Shown here piece by piece: positions 1 through 12,081 of a DNA stretch of 64,000 bases. The stretch's first letter is position 1, and every line of letters begins with the position of its first letter. A program made the position numbers and the translations under genes. This DNA comes from an uncultured Chitinophagales bacterium (GTDB lineage: Bacteria > Bacteroidota > Bacteroidia > Chitinophagales > BACL12). The stretch spans positions 29,648 through 93,647 of the forward strand of contig CAYXBK010000010.1 in the NCBI GenBank assembly GCA_964463165.1, read 5' to 3'. The notes beneath the pieces were generated by a model. It was not told the origin of the DNA. It searched no databases and saw only the letters and a program-made list of their open reading frames with translations.

Positions 1-1
1 A

Positions 2-3000
2 CCTGATCATTTAACAAATGCGGAATTATCCAATCACTATACGATCACAATTGATGAACGTGAAATTTTTCCGCAGGCAGATTTTGATCAAACTGCTTTA
101 ACGCAATTATCAACTTTCGATCTTGCATATTATCCTTCCGAACGCGGACAATATAATTATGATGCACAGCCAACTGCATATTCATTCGGCGCAAATGATA
201 CGGGAGGATTGGCTGAACCCGAATCACGCTGGGGTGGTATTATGCGCAATCTCGAAACAAATGATTTCGAAGCAGCAAATATTGAATTCATCGAATTCTG
301 GGTGATGGATCCATTTGATAATAAAGGGCCACTCGGCGATCAGGTGGAAGACCCCGGATATTTATATATTAATCTCGGTAACGTTTCTGAAGATATTTTG
401 AAAGATTCAAGAATGTTTTTTGAAAATGGTTTGCCAAAAGACGGAACAACAACGGATCTCGATCAAACAAGCTGGGGTTATGTGCCACGCACATTGCCGA
501 TTACAAATGCATTCGATAATGATGTTTCTTCCCGCGAAAATCAGGATAAAGGTTTTGACGGTTTGAACGACGGACAGGAAAATGATTATTATTTTAATTA
601 TATCACACAACTCCAAACAATTGTAAATCCCGACGCATTGGCAAAAGCGCAGGCCGATCCGTCAACTGATGATTATCATTATTACCGCGGCGGCGATTAT
701 GATAATGCAGGATTAAGTATTCTCGAACGCTATAAAAGATATAATAACCCGCAGGGAAATTCACCAACTACAGAATCATCTCCCGAATCCTATCCGACTG
801 CTGCAACTACAATTCCGGAATCGGAAGATTTAAATAATGATTTTACATTAAATGAAACAGAATCCTATTTTCAATATCGCGTGAAGCTTGAACCGAATAT
901 GGAAAATACAAATCCGTTTATTACGGATGTTGTTTTAGCGGCGCATGCATTTCAGGACGGGACGACAGATTCAATTAAATGGTACCAGTTTAAAATTCCG
1001 ATCGATCAGTATGATTCACGCATCGGAAGTATTCAGGATTTTAAATCGATTCGTTTTATCCGCATGTTCATGACCGAATTTGCAGATCCGACTGTTTTGC
1101 GTTTTGCAAGATTGGAATTGGTGCGCAATCAGTGGAGACGTTATGATTTCTCTTTATTAAATCCCGGCGAATATTTACCTGATGATAATGGAAATGAAAC
1201 AGATTTCAATGTATCATCCGTAAGCATCGAAGAAAATTCAGGACGTCAGCCGATTCCTTATGTATTGCCACCGGATGTACAACGTGAACAAACATTGGGA
1301 AGCGGATCATCGGTTTCTACATTCCAGCAAAATGAGCAGGCATTGAGTATGCAGATTTGTCCGCTTACCGATGGCGACGGCCGTGCAATTTTTAAATCAT
1401 TGAATATTGATTTGCGTAAATACGGACGTATGATTATGAACGTGCATACCGAACCATTGCCTGATGCACCGCTCGCAACTTTACAGGATGGCGATCTGCA
1501 TTTATTTATTCGCTTAGGTTCGGATTTTACAAATAATTATTATGAATATGATGTGCCGTTAAATGTTACCGAATTACCATTGCCACCCGGCACGAGCGAT
1601 GATCCTGAATTGCGTTCTGCGATCTGGGCAACATTAATTGATTTTGCATTGGATTCACTTGTTGCATTAAAATCAGAAAGAAATAAACTTGAAATATCTC
1701 CGCTCACACCATTTTCATCCACACAGGATGATGGAAATACAATTACAATTATCGGTAATCCCGATTTGGGTTATGTGGAAGAAATTATGATCGGTGTGCG
1801 CAATCCGAAAGAATTATCTGGAAGCGGTGAAGAATTTTGCGCTGAAGTATGGGTAAATGAATTGCGCTTAACCGGTATTGATGAAAAAGGCGGATGGGCC
1901 GCATTGGCAAGAGCGGATTTTAAAATGGCGGATCTCGGTAATTTCACATTATCCGGAAATATGCATACCGCCGGATTCGGAACACTGGAACAACAAATTG
2001 ATGAACGTTATATTGATAATTTTTATCAGTATGCCGCTTCCATGAATCTTGAACTCGGTAAATTTTTACCACCGGATGTGAATTTAATGCTGCCTTTATA
2101 TGCAAGTATTTCCGAATCATTCAGTAATCCTGAATTTGATCCGTACGAACTCGATGTGGATTTAAATGACAAAGTGGATGATATCACAGAAACATACGGC
2201 ACCGATTCTGCCGATCTCTACAAAAAAACTGTAATTGATTATATCGCCATTAAAAGCATCAACTTAACAAATATCCGTTTCGAAAGAGGCGATGCAGCAG
2301 GTACTCCGATGCCTTGGGATAAAGAAAATTTTGACCTTACACTCGCTTATTCACAGGAATACAACAGCAACCCGACGTTGGAATACGATAAGGTGGACAG
2401 ATATAAAGGTGCATTGGGTTACAGCTTTAATCAAAAACCGAAATTTATTACTCCTTTTGAAAAAGCAATTGATAAAAAATATAAATGGCTGCAACCGGTT
2501 CGTGATTTTAATTTTAATTTATTACCGACAGGTTATAGTTTCCGCACGGAATTAAACAGGCAGTTCGGTGAAACGCTCATGCGTGATATTTACGGCGACG
2601 GATTAATTGAACCTACTTTCGATAAATATTTTACATGGGATCGCTATTACGGAATTAAGTTCGAACCGGCAAAATCATTGAAAGTTGATTTCTCTGCAAC
2701 AAATAATTCAAGGATTGATGAACCCTATGGAAAAATAGATACACCGGAAGAAAAAGATACGATCTGGAATAATATCAAGGATTTCGGCCGCAATATTAAT
2801 TACCGCCATACACTTGCCGTAAATTATACATTGCCGATCAATAAAATCCCAATCTTCAGCTGGGTGACCGTGAAAGCGAATTATAATTCATCTTATGGAT
2901 GGATCGCGGGTTCCTTGGGAATTTCAGATACACTCGGAAATACAATTAATAACACACAGGCAAAAACTGTGAACGGCGAATTTAATTTCCGCAACCTTTA

Positions 3001-4567
3001 TAATAAATCAAAATTCTTCAAACAATATAATTCGAATACATCTCCTTCCAATAAAGATAAACGGGTGGATAAAGTAAAAAAAGATGAAGAATCGGGTGCA
3101 GAGGAAGAAGAAGTTGTAGAAGATAAAAAAACTAATAAAACACCAACCGTTTCCGCACCTGTTGAAACACTTGTCCGCTTGCTGATCAGTTTGAAACGTG
3201 TTACTGTAAACTATTCGCAGAATTACGGAACAACTATTCCGGGATTTATGCAGAACACCGAAATACTCGGTTTAAATACAGCTACCACCGCACCGGGCTG
3301 GGATTTTATTTTCGGATATCAGCCTTCTTATCAATGGATGGATAGTATTGCGCAAATAAGACAAATAAGTACTGCTACCAGTCTGAATTATTTATTCCTG
3401 CAAAATTATTCTGAGAATTTAGATGTCCGTGCCAATCTCGAACCATTAAAAGATTTGCGTGTGGATTTAAATTTAAACAGAACCTATTCAAAAAATCATT
3501 CTGAATATTTTAAAAATACAAATACACTCGACGATCCTTTCTTCGATCATTTAAATGCAGTGGATGCAGGTAATTTCTCCATTAGTTACAGTATGATGGG
3601 AACCGTATTCGAGCATATTAATTCAACGGAAGTTTCTGCAACCTTCAAACAATTTGAAGCGAACCGCGAAATATTATCACAACGCTGGCAGGAAGCAAAC
3701 CCGACTTATTCGGATGGTGGATTTTTTAATCCGCTCGACAGCACTTTCAATCCGAATTATGCAGAAGGTTACGGTCCTTATTCACAGGATGTTTTGATTC
3801 CTGCATTTATTGCAGCTTATACCGGAAAAAATGCAGCCGACGTTCCGCTCGACGGATTTAAACAAACACCAAAACCGAATTACAGAATTACCTATAATGG
3901 TTTGAGTAAATTGCCGGGCTTCAAAAAATTATTCTCGACATTTAATGTTTCGAGTGCATATACTTCCACATTATCACTCAGCAGTTTCGTAACGGATCTT
4001 GATTTCGACGGCAATTATTATTTATACGGCCATGTGGTGGATACACTCACCGGAAATTTTGTTTCATTGTATGATATTCCGAATATCGTGATGAATGAAT
4101 CATTATCTCCATTAATTGGCATTGATGCAACATGGATAAACGGATTAACGACAAAATTCGATTTCAAAAAATCACGCACACTCACCATGAGTTTTATCGA
4201 TTATCAGTTAACGGAAATTCATTCAACTGAATTTACCATCGGGCTCGGATATAAAATGACCGGTTTCGAATTTCCGTTTAAAATAAATGGCAAGCGCCCG
4301 AATCTGGAAAATGATCTCACATTTAAATTTGACATGAGTTTCCGCGATGATATTACAACCAATTTCAGATTGGATCAGGATCTCAACGAACCCACCGGCG
4401 GCTTAACAAGTATTTCCATTTCTCCAACCATCGATTATGTGGTGAACGACCGCTTTAATGTGCAACTCTATTTCGACCGCCAGAAAACAATTCCGAAAAT
4501 TTCAACTTCTTATCCGATCACTTCAACGAATGCGGGGATTAAGGTTAGGTTTAGTTTGAGTGAGTAG
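2..4567 (+). CDS. sprA: Cell-surface protein SprA (T9SS translocon / gliding motility), 5'-truncated by the window edge
   Basis: The frame is open from nt 2 (PDHLTNAELS...QYNYDAQ...) into the 1452-aa ORF called at 209. It is a very large beta-rich N/Y/F/D-rich protein with a K/E-rich linker (KKDEESGAEEEEVVEDKK) and a terminal beta-strand ...GIKVRFSLSE. Matches my recollection of the Bacteroidota SprA family. Confidence 0.8.
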   Translation, partial: PDHLTNAELSNHYTITIDEREIFPQADFDQTALTQLSTFDLAYYPSERGQYNYDAQPTAYSFGANDTGGLAEPESRWGGIMRNLETNDFEAANIEFIEFWVMDPFDNKGPLGDQVEDPGYLYINLGNVSEDILKDSRMFFENGLPKDGTTTDLDQTSWGYVPRTLPITNAFDNDVSSRENQDKGFDGLNDGQENDYYFNYITQLQTIVNPDALAKAQADPSTDDYHYYRGGDYDNAGLSILERYKRYNNPQGNSPTTESSPESYPTAATTIPESEDLNNDFTLNETESYFQYRVKLEPNMENTNPFITDVVLAAHAFQDGTTDSIKWYQFKIPIDQYDSRIGSIQDFKSIRFIRMFMTEFADPTVLRFARLELVRNQWRRYDFSLLNPGEYLPDDNGNETDFNVSSVSIEENSGRQPIPYVLPPDVQREQTLGSGSSVSTFQQNEQALSMQICPLTDGDGRAIFKSLNIDLRKYGRMIMNVHTEPLPDAPLATLQDGDLHLFIRLGSDFTNNYYEYDVPLNVTELPLPPGTSDDPELRSAIWATLIDFALDSLVALKSERNKLEISPLTPFSSTQDDGNTITIIGNPDLGYVEEIMIGVRNPKELSGSGEEFCAEVWVNELRLTGIDEKGGWAALARADFKMADLGNFTLSGNMHTAGFGTLEQQIDERYIDNFYQYAASMNLELGKFLPPDVNLMLPLYASISESFSNPEFDPYELDVDLNDKVDDITETYGTDSADLYKKTVIDYIAIKSINLTNIRFERGDAAGTPMPWDKENFDLTLAYSQEYNSNPTLEYDKVDRYKGALGYSFNQKPKFITPFEKAIDKKYKWLQPVRDFNFNLLPTGYSFRTELNRQFGETLMRDIYGDGLIEPTFDKYFTWDRYYGIKFEPAKSLKVDFSATNNSRIDEPYGKIDTPEEKDTIWNNIKDFGRNINYRHTLAVNYTLPINKIPIFSWVTVKANYNSSYGWIAGSLGISDTLGNTINNTQAKTVNGEFNFRNLYNKSKFFKQYNSNTSPSNKDKRVDKVKKDEESGAEEEEVVEDKKTNKTPTVSAPVETLVRLLISLKRVTVNYSQNYGTTIPGFMQNTEILGLNTATTAPGWDFIFGYQPSYQWMDSIAQIRQISTATSLNYLFLQNYSENLDVRANLEPLKDLRVDLNLNRTYSKNHSEYFKNTNTLDDPFFDHLNAVDAGNFSISYSMMGTVFEHINSTEVSATFKQFEANREILSQRWQEANPTYSDGGFFNPLDSTFNPNYAEGYGPYSQDVLIPAFIAAYTGKNAADVPLDGFKQTPKPNYRITYNGLSKLPGFKKLFSTFNVSSAYTSTLSLSSFVTDLDFDGNYYLYGHVVDTLTGNFVSLYDIPNIVMNESLSPLIGIDATWINGLTTKFDFKKSRTLTMSFIDYQLTEIHSTEFTIGLGYKMTGFEFPFKINGKRPNLENDLTFKFDMSFRDDITTNFRLDQDLNEPTGGLTSISISPTIDYVVNDRFNVQLYFDRQKTIPKISTSYPITSTNAGIKVRFSLSE

Positions 4568-4570
4568 GGC

Positions 4571-4602
4571 GTGTTCGAGTGCTCGTGTGTTCGTGTGTTC
4601 AC
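4571..4602 (+). repeat. Short GTGTTC-type tandem array directly after the sprA stop codon
   Basis: GTGTTCG AGTGCTC GTGTGTTC GTGTGTTC AC. The reverse complement is GAACAC-type, related to the NNNGAAC arrays elsewhere in the window but in the opposite orientation. Confidence 0.5.
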
Positions 4603-4696
4603 GGCTGATGCGAAAGAAAATTGCTGATTATTTTAATTATGATTTGAATATGGATTAAATTGTAATGAAATAGGGTGATAGTTTATCTGATATTCC

Positions 4697-6443
<1,747 letters not shown>

Positions 6444-6456
6444 CCCTTCAAAACTT

Positions 6457-6464
6457 TATCTTTG
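6457..6464 (+). promoter_or_regulatory. Candidate Bacteroidota -7 promoter box (TAtcTTTG) upstream of gcvH
   Basis: TATCTTTG matches the TAnnTTTG consensus and ends 16 nt before the gcvH ATG. Confidence 0.4.
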
Positions 6465-6479
6465 CGCAAAACTTAATCA

Positions 6480-6857
6480 ATGAATTTTCCTGAGAATTTA
6501 AAGTACACAAAGGACCACGAATGGGTTCTGATCGAAGGCAATATAGCAACTATCGGCATTACGGATTTTGCACAGCGTGAGCTGGGCGATATCGTTTATG
6601 TGGAGATCGACACCGTTGGTGAATCCATGACAAAAGAAGCAACTTTCGGAACCGTTGAAGCAGTGAAGACCGTTTCGGATCTGTTTATGCCGGTATCAGG
6701 AAAAATTCTCGAATTCAATAAATCTCTTGAATCTGCACCGGAAGCTGTGAACCAGGATCCTTATGGCAAAGGCTGGATGATCAAGATCGAAATTTCCGAT
6801 CCTTCAGAAATCGATGCATTGCTCACTGCAGAGCAATACGGTGAACTCGTTTCTTAA
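6480..6857 (+). CDS. gcvH: Glycine cleavage system protein H
   Basis: 125 aa. Begins YTKDHEWV. The lipoyl-lysine motif EAVKTVSD and DPYGKGWM are all canonical GcvH signatures. Confidence 0.95.
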   Translation: MNFPENLKYTKDHEWVLIEGNIATIGITDFAQRELGDIVYVEIDTVGESMTKEATFGTVEAVKTVSDLFMPVSGKILEFNKSLESAPEAVNQDPYGKGWMIKIEISDPSEIDALLTAEQYGELVS

Positions 6858-7237
6858 TGATACGCAAAACCATTTTCTGGGCCTGGGCCGCATTTGGATG
6901 GGCCGCAGTTATTATGGTGGTTTCCGTAATTCCGGGCGAAGATCTCCCTTCCGTTTCCATCTGGGAAGCAGATAAAGTCTTTCATGCATTGGTTTATGCC
7001 TTACTTACTTTTTTCAGCTGGCAATATCTCCGGAAAAAATATCCGGCTTTCAACCTGCAAAAAAATCTTTTAAAAGTTGCCGGTTTATGCATTCTCTACG
7101 GTTTTTTCATCGAACTGATACAACTGGCCCTGCCAACAAGGTCGTTCGATTTATATGATGCACTTGCAAATTCCATCGGCTGTCTTCTTGCTGTCTTAAT
7201 CCTGCTGCTTGCCGGCAGGGCAACTAAAAAACAATAA
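6857..7237 (+). CDS. VanZ-like membrane protein
   Basis: 126 aa with 4 predicted TM segments. The start overlaps the gcvH stop (TAATG). Size and hydrophobic pattern fit the VanZ family commonly found next to gcvH. Confidence 0.6.
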   Translation: MIRKTIFWAWAAFGWAAVIMVVSVIPGEDLPSVSIWEADKVFHALVYALLTFFSWQYLRKKYPAFNLQKNLLKVAGLCILYGFFIELIQLALPTRSFDLYDALANSIGCLLAVLILLLAGRATKKQ

Positions 7238-7340
7238 CAGGGTTTATTTTTACATAAGTTTTATGAGCCACCAGCCGTTTATCAAACCGGATTGTGGATT
7301 CGTTTTTGCAATACCAAATCCGATTTACCCGCATTCATAA

Positions 7341-8111
7341 ATGCAAGAGGAAGAAAAATATTTGAAACAGAGTTTTGACGATATCGTTTTCGAGAAGCGT
7401 AATAAATTATATGGTTCGTATTTCCTGCGCACCATCATACCATCAAATACAAAATTGAGTTTGTTTGCAAGTTCCCTTGTGGTGTTAGTATTAACTGCCC
7501 TTTTATATATTGATTTCAGCTTTTTGAAAAAAACACCCCAGCCGGTTTATATCAATACCGAAGTGTTTTTATCCGACCCGCCACCTTTATATGAAACATT
7601 GCCGCCCGCTGTTCCGCCTGCAATGAAAAAAATAGAATCAGATGAATTGGCGGAAATGGATGTGAAAAAAGATGATGAGGTGAAAGAGGATATGAAAGCA
7701 ATTTCAGAAGAAAAATCTGATTCTTCTTCAACAGGAACATCTGAAACCGGCATTTCTACAAATTCAGAAAAATCAGGAGATGGCAATGCGATTTATTATA
7801 ATCCTGAAAAGTGGCCAGAATATCCAGGCGGTATGACAGGATTGAAGAAATATTTACGGGACAATGTCGATTATCCGAAAGTGGCGCATGAAAATAATAT
7901 TACGGGCACTGTGGTAGTTTATTTTGTGGTGGAGGTGGATGGCAGTGTTTCTGATGTGAAAATAATCACGGGCATCGGCGGCGGATGCGATGAAGAGGCA
8001 ATTAAAACCGTCATGGAAATGCGCAAATGGAAACCGGGCATGAACGGCGGCCATCCGGTGCGTGTAGGTACCAAATTGCCGATCACATTTAATTTAGGCA
8101 GCGGCGGATAA
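7341..8111 (+). CDS. TonB-like energy transducer
   Basis: N-terminal TM anchor, a Pro-rich and acidic linker (PPPLYETLPPAVPPA, K/E/D-rich), and a C-terminal TonB_C-like domain (YPKVAHENNITGTVVVYFVVEVDGSVSDVKI...KWKPGMNGGHPV). Confidence 0.7.
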   Translation: MQEEEKYLKQSFDDIVFEKRNKLYGSYFLRTIIPSNTKLSLFASSLVVLVLTALLYIDFSFLKKTPQPVYINTEVFLSDPPPLYETLPPAVPPAMKKIESDELAEMDVKKDDEVKEDMKAISEEKSDSSSTGTSETGISTNSEKSGDGNAIYYNPEKWPEYPGGMTGLKKYLRDNVDYPKVAHENNITGTVVVYFVVEVDGSVSDVKIITGIGGGCDEEAIKTVMEMRKWKPGMNGGHPVRVGTKLPITFNLGSGG

Positions 8112-8185
8112 ACCTTTGTTAAGGTTTGTTAGTTTATTGAGTATGAAATCAGGAAAGGGGTATAATTTTCGTTAATTTGCAAGGC

Positions 8186-10000
8186 ATGAAAAAAGCAGCG
8201 GCTTATTTATCGTTTTTGTTTTTTCTAATGGTTACAGGTTTTGTATCTGCGCAAACAGATGCACAACTTGCTTCGCAGTACATGACAAATGGTGAATATG
8301 AAAAAGCAGCCGACCTCTATAAAAAACTCTACAACGAAAACCCGAACGCAAACTATAAAAATTATTATAAATGCCTTTTAGCGATTAATGATTACGACGG
8401 CGTTGAAAAATTAGTAGATAAGCAATTAAAAAAAACACCGGAAAATCTCACTTTATATGTCGACTTAGGTTATGCTTACGAAAAGCAGGGAAAAAATAAA
8501 GAGCGTGATGCCGTTTATCAGAAAGCGATAAATAATATTAAAGATCAGAAACAACAGGTAGTGCAATTGGCAAATGCATTTCTCACTTTCGATCTGATCG
8601 ATCTTGCCATTCAAACTTATGAAAAAGGTCAGAAAAATGTTGATGGATATAGTTTTAATTATGAATTGGCAGGATTGATTTACCGGAAAGGCGATCTCGA
8701 TCTTTCCATCGATTTATATCTCGATTACCTCGTTGAAGATATGCAGTCCGGTTTTTCAAAAACAACTTCTGCTTTCACAAAAATACTGGATGAAGAAAAG
8801 GACCACGCTTTATTGCAATCCAAAATCATTGAACGAATCCAGAAATCCGGGAATGATATTTTATATTCCGAATTGCTGATCTGGGATTATGTGCAGCAAA
8901 AAGATTTTGAAGGTGCATTTATTCAGGCAAAAGCATTGGATAAAAGATATAAAGAAAATGGCGAACGTGTTTTTGACCTCGCCGAAACAGCAAAAACGGA
9001 AGGGCAATTTGATGCAGCTATTGATTGCTATACCTATATCATTTCAAAAGGAAAAGAAACACCCTATTATTTCAGTGCGAAGAATGGAATTTTAAATTGC
9101 CGCAAACAAAAAATTTTCAATACAAATACGTATACACAACAGGATATTGACGAATTAAAAGCGAGTTACCTCGATTTCCTGAATGAATATCAGCGACAGG
9201 ATATCCGCTATGCAACTGTTACAGACGACCTTGCAAAACTCGAAGCATTTTATATTCACGATTATCCGAAAGCAATTGAATTATTGGAAACGGTTGTGAA
9301 TTTACCTTCACTCACTGCCTCCGATAAAGCGCAATTTAAAATTGACCTCGGCGATTTTTATTTAATTTCAGGAGATGTATGGGAAGCAACCTTGTTATAC
9401 AGCCAGGTAGATAAATTAATGAAAGATGAACCTCTTGGTGAACTGGCAAGATATAAAAATGCAAAACTCGCATATTACCGCGGCGATTTTTATTATGCGC
9501 AGGGTTTACTCGATGTGTTGAAAGCCGCAACAACCGAACTGGTTGCAAATGATGCAATGAAATTATCGGTTTTCATTACTGAAAATCTCGGCCTTGATTC
9601 CGTGCTCGAACCGATGAAATTATTTTCCGAAGCAGATCTGCTGGTTTTTCAAAATAAAATTCCGGAAGCAATTGTTGTTCTCGATACACTCTCGAAAGAT
9701 TTTCCCGGACATATGCTTACGGATGATATTTTATTTTTAAAAGCGCAGATCGAATTAAAAAATAAAAACGTAGACAGTGCCGTAAAATATCTCGAGGAAA
9801 TCAGGCAAACATTTGCATTTGATTTATTGGCAGACGATGCCATATTCAAACTCGGTGAAATTTATCAATACGATTATAAAGATCTGGAAAAAGCAAAGCT
9901 CTGCTACGAACAAATCATTCTGAATTATAAAGACTCACTTTATGTAAATGAAGCAAGGAAGAGATTCAGGGAGTTGCGTGGAGATAAATTGGAGCGGTAA
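8186..10000 (+). CDS. Tetratricopeptide-repeat protein (secreted or periplasmic)
   Basis: The track starts at a TTG (8177). ATG at 8186 gives MKKAAAYLSFLFFLMVTGFVSAQ, a signal peptide. Multiple TPR-like A/Y/L-rich helical repeats follow. Confidence 0.7.
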   Translation: MKKAAAYLSFLFFLMVTGFVSAQTDAQLASQYMTNGEYEKAADLYKKLYNENPNANYKNYYKCLLAINDYDGVEKLVDKQLKKTPENLTLYVDLGYAYEKQGKNKERDAVYQKAINNIKDQKQQVVQLANAFLTFDLIDLAIQTYEKGQKNVDGYSFNYELAGLIYRKGDLDLSIDLYLDYLVEDMQSGFSKTTSAFTKILDEEKDHALLQSKIIERIQKSGNDILYSELLIWDYVQQKDFEGAFIQAKALDKRYKENGERVFDLAETAKTEGQFDAAIDCYTYIISKGKETPYYFSAKNGILNCRKQKIFNTNTYTQQDIDELKASYLDFLNEYQRQDIRYATVTDDLAKLEAFYIHDYPKAIELLETVVNLPSLTASDKAQFKIDLGDFYLISGDVWEATLLYSQVDKLMKDEPLGELARYKNAKLAYYRGDFYYAQGLLDVLKAATTELVANDAMKLSVFITENLGLDSVLEPMKLFSEADLLVFQNKIPEAIVVLDTLSKDFPGHMLTDDILFLKAQIELKNKNVDSAVKYLEEIRQTFAFDLLADDAIFKLGEIYQYDYKDLEKAKLCYEQIILNYKDSLYVNEARKRFRELRGDKLER

Positions 10001-10001
10001 G

Positions 10002-10144
10002 GATTCAAGAGCCAGGAGTCAGGAATCAGGATTGCTGGCGCAGCAACTCAGAACTCAGAACTCAGAACTCGGAACCCCGAACTCTGAACCCGAACTCTGA
10101 ACCCCAAACTCTGAACTCCGAACCCGGAACCCCGAACTCTGAAC
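10002..10144 (+). repeat. Heptamer-periodic intergenic element, copy B: 4 purine-rich heptamers, core GCTGGCGCAGCAAC, then 14 x NNNGAAC
   Basis: ATTCAAG AGCCAGG AGTCAGG AATCAGG at 10003-10030, core at 10034-10047, and 14 in-register units at 10048-10144 (TCAGAAC x3, TCGGAAC, CCCGAAC, TCTGAAC and so on, including one 6-mer). Confidence 0.9.
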
Positions 10145-10203
10145 CACCACAAACAACATCAAACTTTTTCTTTCCCCCCTGAACTGCGAACTTTACCCTC
10201 ATA

Positions 10204-10506
10204 ATGTACATCTACAACGTAACCGTAAAAATTGAAACGCACCGGGCTGATGAATGGCTCACATGGATGCGTGAAAAACATATTCCTGATGTGATGGCAA
10301 CCGGGTATTTTCAGGATCACCGCATCTGCCGTTTAATTGATGAGGGCGATCTCGACGGTGTTACTTTTGTTGTGCAGTATACATTTGAGATCATTGACGA
10401 TTTTCTTACCTACCAGCTGGCAGCTGCACCATCTTTACAACGTGAACATTCCGAAAAATTCGGCAACGATTTTCTTGCGGTCCGTACATTGATGGAAGTG
10501 ATTTAA
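10204..10506 (+). CDS. DUF4286-like small protein
   Basis: 100 aa starting MYIYNVTVKIE...W..WM...HIP.V, as I recall for DUF4286 proteins of Bacteroidota. It lies directly upstream of the crt genes. Confidence 0.55.
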   Translation: MYIYNVTVKIETHRADEWLTWMREKHIPDVMATGYFQDHRICRLIDEGDLDGVTFVVQYTFEIIDDFLTYQLAAAPSLQREHSEKFGNDFLAVRTLMEVI

Positions 10507-10552
10507 TTCATTTTTGAACAAGCGGCGCACTCTTTTGTTATGCATTCCGGTC

Positions 10553-12064
10553 ATGACAAAGAAAGCAATTGTTATTGGTGCAGGATTCAGCGGATTATCA
10601 GCTGCATGTGAATTGGCGAAAAACGGTATGGAAGTAACCGTTTTTGAAAAAAATGAATCAGCCGGTGGCAGAGCATCGGTTTTTTCTGAAGATGGATTTA
10701 CATTCGATATGGGCCCGAGCTGGTACTGGATGCCCGATATTTTCGAATGGTTTTTTGATCAGTACGGAAATGAAGTGCAGGATTTTTACGACCTCGTTCG
10801 TCTTGATCCCGGTTACCGGATCTTTTTTTCCAAAGAAGAAATAATTGATATACCTGCCTCCCGTGAAAAACTCTCCGCACTCTTTGAATCCATTGAACCG
10901 GGCGCATCAGTTCACCTCGATAAGTTTTTAAAAGACGCTGAAATAAAATATGAGATCAGCATGCGTGATTTTATATTTAAACCATGCAATTCGGTATTTG
11001 AATTTGCCGATCAGCGAATTTTGAAAAATATTTTCCGGATGAATTTATTTTCATCGCTCGGAAAAGAAGTGGATCATAAATTCAAAGATGAACGGCTCCG
11101 GAAAATTTTAAAATTTCCCGTCTATTTTCTTGGCGCCCTGCCTTCCAATACGCCTGCACTTTATTCGATTTTAAATTATGCCGACCTTGTTTTGGGTACC
11201 TGGTATCCCATGGGCGGTATGTATAAAATAGTTGAAGCAATGCAAAAAACTGCTGAAAGGATGGGTGTGCAATTTAAATTTGATTCTCCTGTTGAAGAAA
11301 TCGTTACACAAAATGGAATTGCGGAAGGGATCATTTCTAAGGATCAACTCATTTTATCAGATTATGTAATTGCTTCTGCCGACTATCAGCATACTGAAAA
11401 AACAATGCTGCCGGAAAAGGAAAAAAATTATACCGATGCATATTGGGAGAAAAAAATATTTGCACCTTCCTGCCTGATTTATTTTCTCGGCGTGCATGGA
11501 AAAGTAAGCAATCTCCTGCACCATAATTTGTTTTTTGACCAGTCGTTTGAAGTATTTGCAGATGAAATTTATACAACACCCCGCTGGCCATCCAATCCTT
11601 TATTTTATGTTTCAGCACCTTCGAAAACAGACGGAACCGTTGCACCTGAAGGAGATGAAAATCTTTTTATCCTGATCCCTGTCGCCCCCGGCCTGACTGA
11701 TTCGAATGAGATCCGCGAAAAATATTTTTCGCTTGTAATGAACAGGCTGGAAGAATTTACCGGCGAAAACATTCGCAACAGAATCAATGTGAAAAAATGT
11801 TTTGCACCTGCCGATTTCACAAGAAGGTATAATGCTTATAAGGGAAATGCATACGGCCTTGCAAATACATTGATGCAAACAGCAATTTTCAAACCGGCCA
11901 TGCGCAATAAAAACGTGCGGAATTTATTTTATGCCGGCCAATTAACTGTTCCCGGCCCCGGTGTGCCGCCTGCAATTATTTCCGGACATATCGCTGCGCA
12001 GGAAGTTATAAAATATGCAAAAAAGGGCAAACGGATTGAACAATCCGAAAAAAAATTGGTTTAG
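10553..12064 (+). CDS. crtI: Phytoene desaturase
   Basis: The track start is a TTG at 10514. ATG at 10553 gives MTKKAIVIGAGFSGLSAA, an FAD dinucleotide fold. GGRA...GFTFDMGPSWYWMPD is typical of CrtI. Confidence 0.9.
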   Translation: MTKKAIVIGAGFSGLSAACELAKNGMEVTVFEKNESAGGRASVFSEDGFTFDMGPSWYWMPDIFEWFFDQYGNEVQDFYDLVRLDPGYRIFFSKEEIIDIPASREKLSALFESIEPGASVHLDKFLKDAEIKYEISMRDFIFKPCNSVFEFADQRILKNIFRMNLFSSLGKEVDHKFKDERLRKILKFPVYFLGALPSNTPALYSILNYADLVLGTWYPMGGMYKIVEAMQKTAERMGVQFKFDSPVEEIVTQNGIAEGIISKDQLILSDYVIASADYQHTEKTMLPEKEKNYTDAYWEKKIFAPSCLIYFLGVHGKVSNLLHHNLFFDQSFEVFADEIYTTPRWPSNPLFYVSAPSKTDGTVAPEGDENLFILIPVAPGLTDSNEIREKYFSLVMNRLEEFTGENIRNRINVKKCFAPADFTRRYNAYKGNAYGLANTLMQTAIFKPAMRNKNVRNLFYAGQLTVPGPGVPPAIISGHIAAQEVIKYAKKGKRIEQSEKKLV

Positions 12065-12081
12065 TTGCTATTCATAGAGGT

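Noticed and set aside
10048-10144. CRISPR-like array
   Set aside because: The units are 7 nt with no spacers, and no cas genes are present. This is a microsatellite-like tandem repeat, not a CRISPR.
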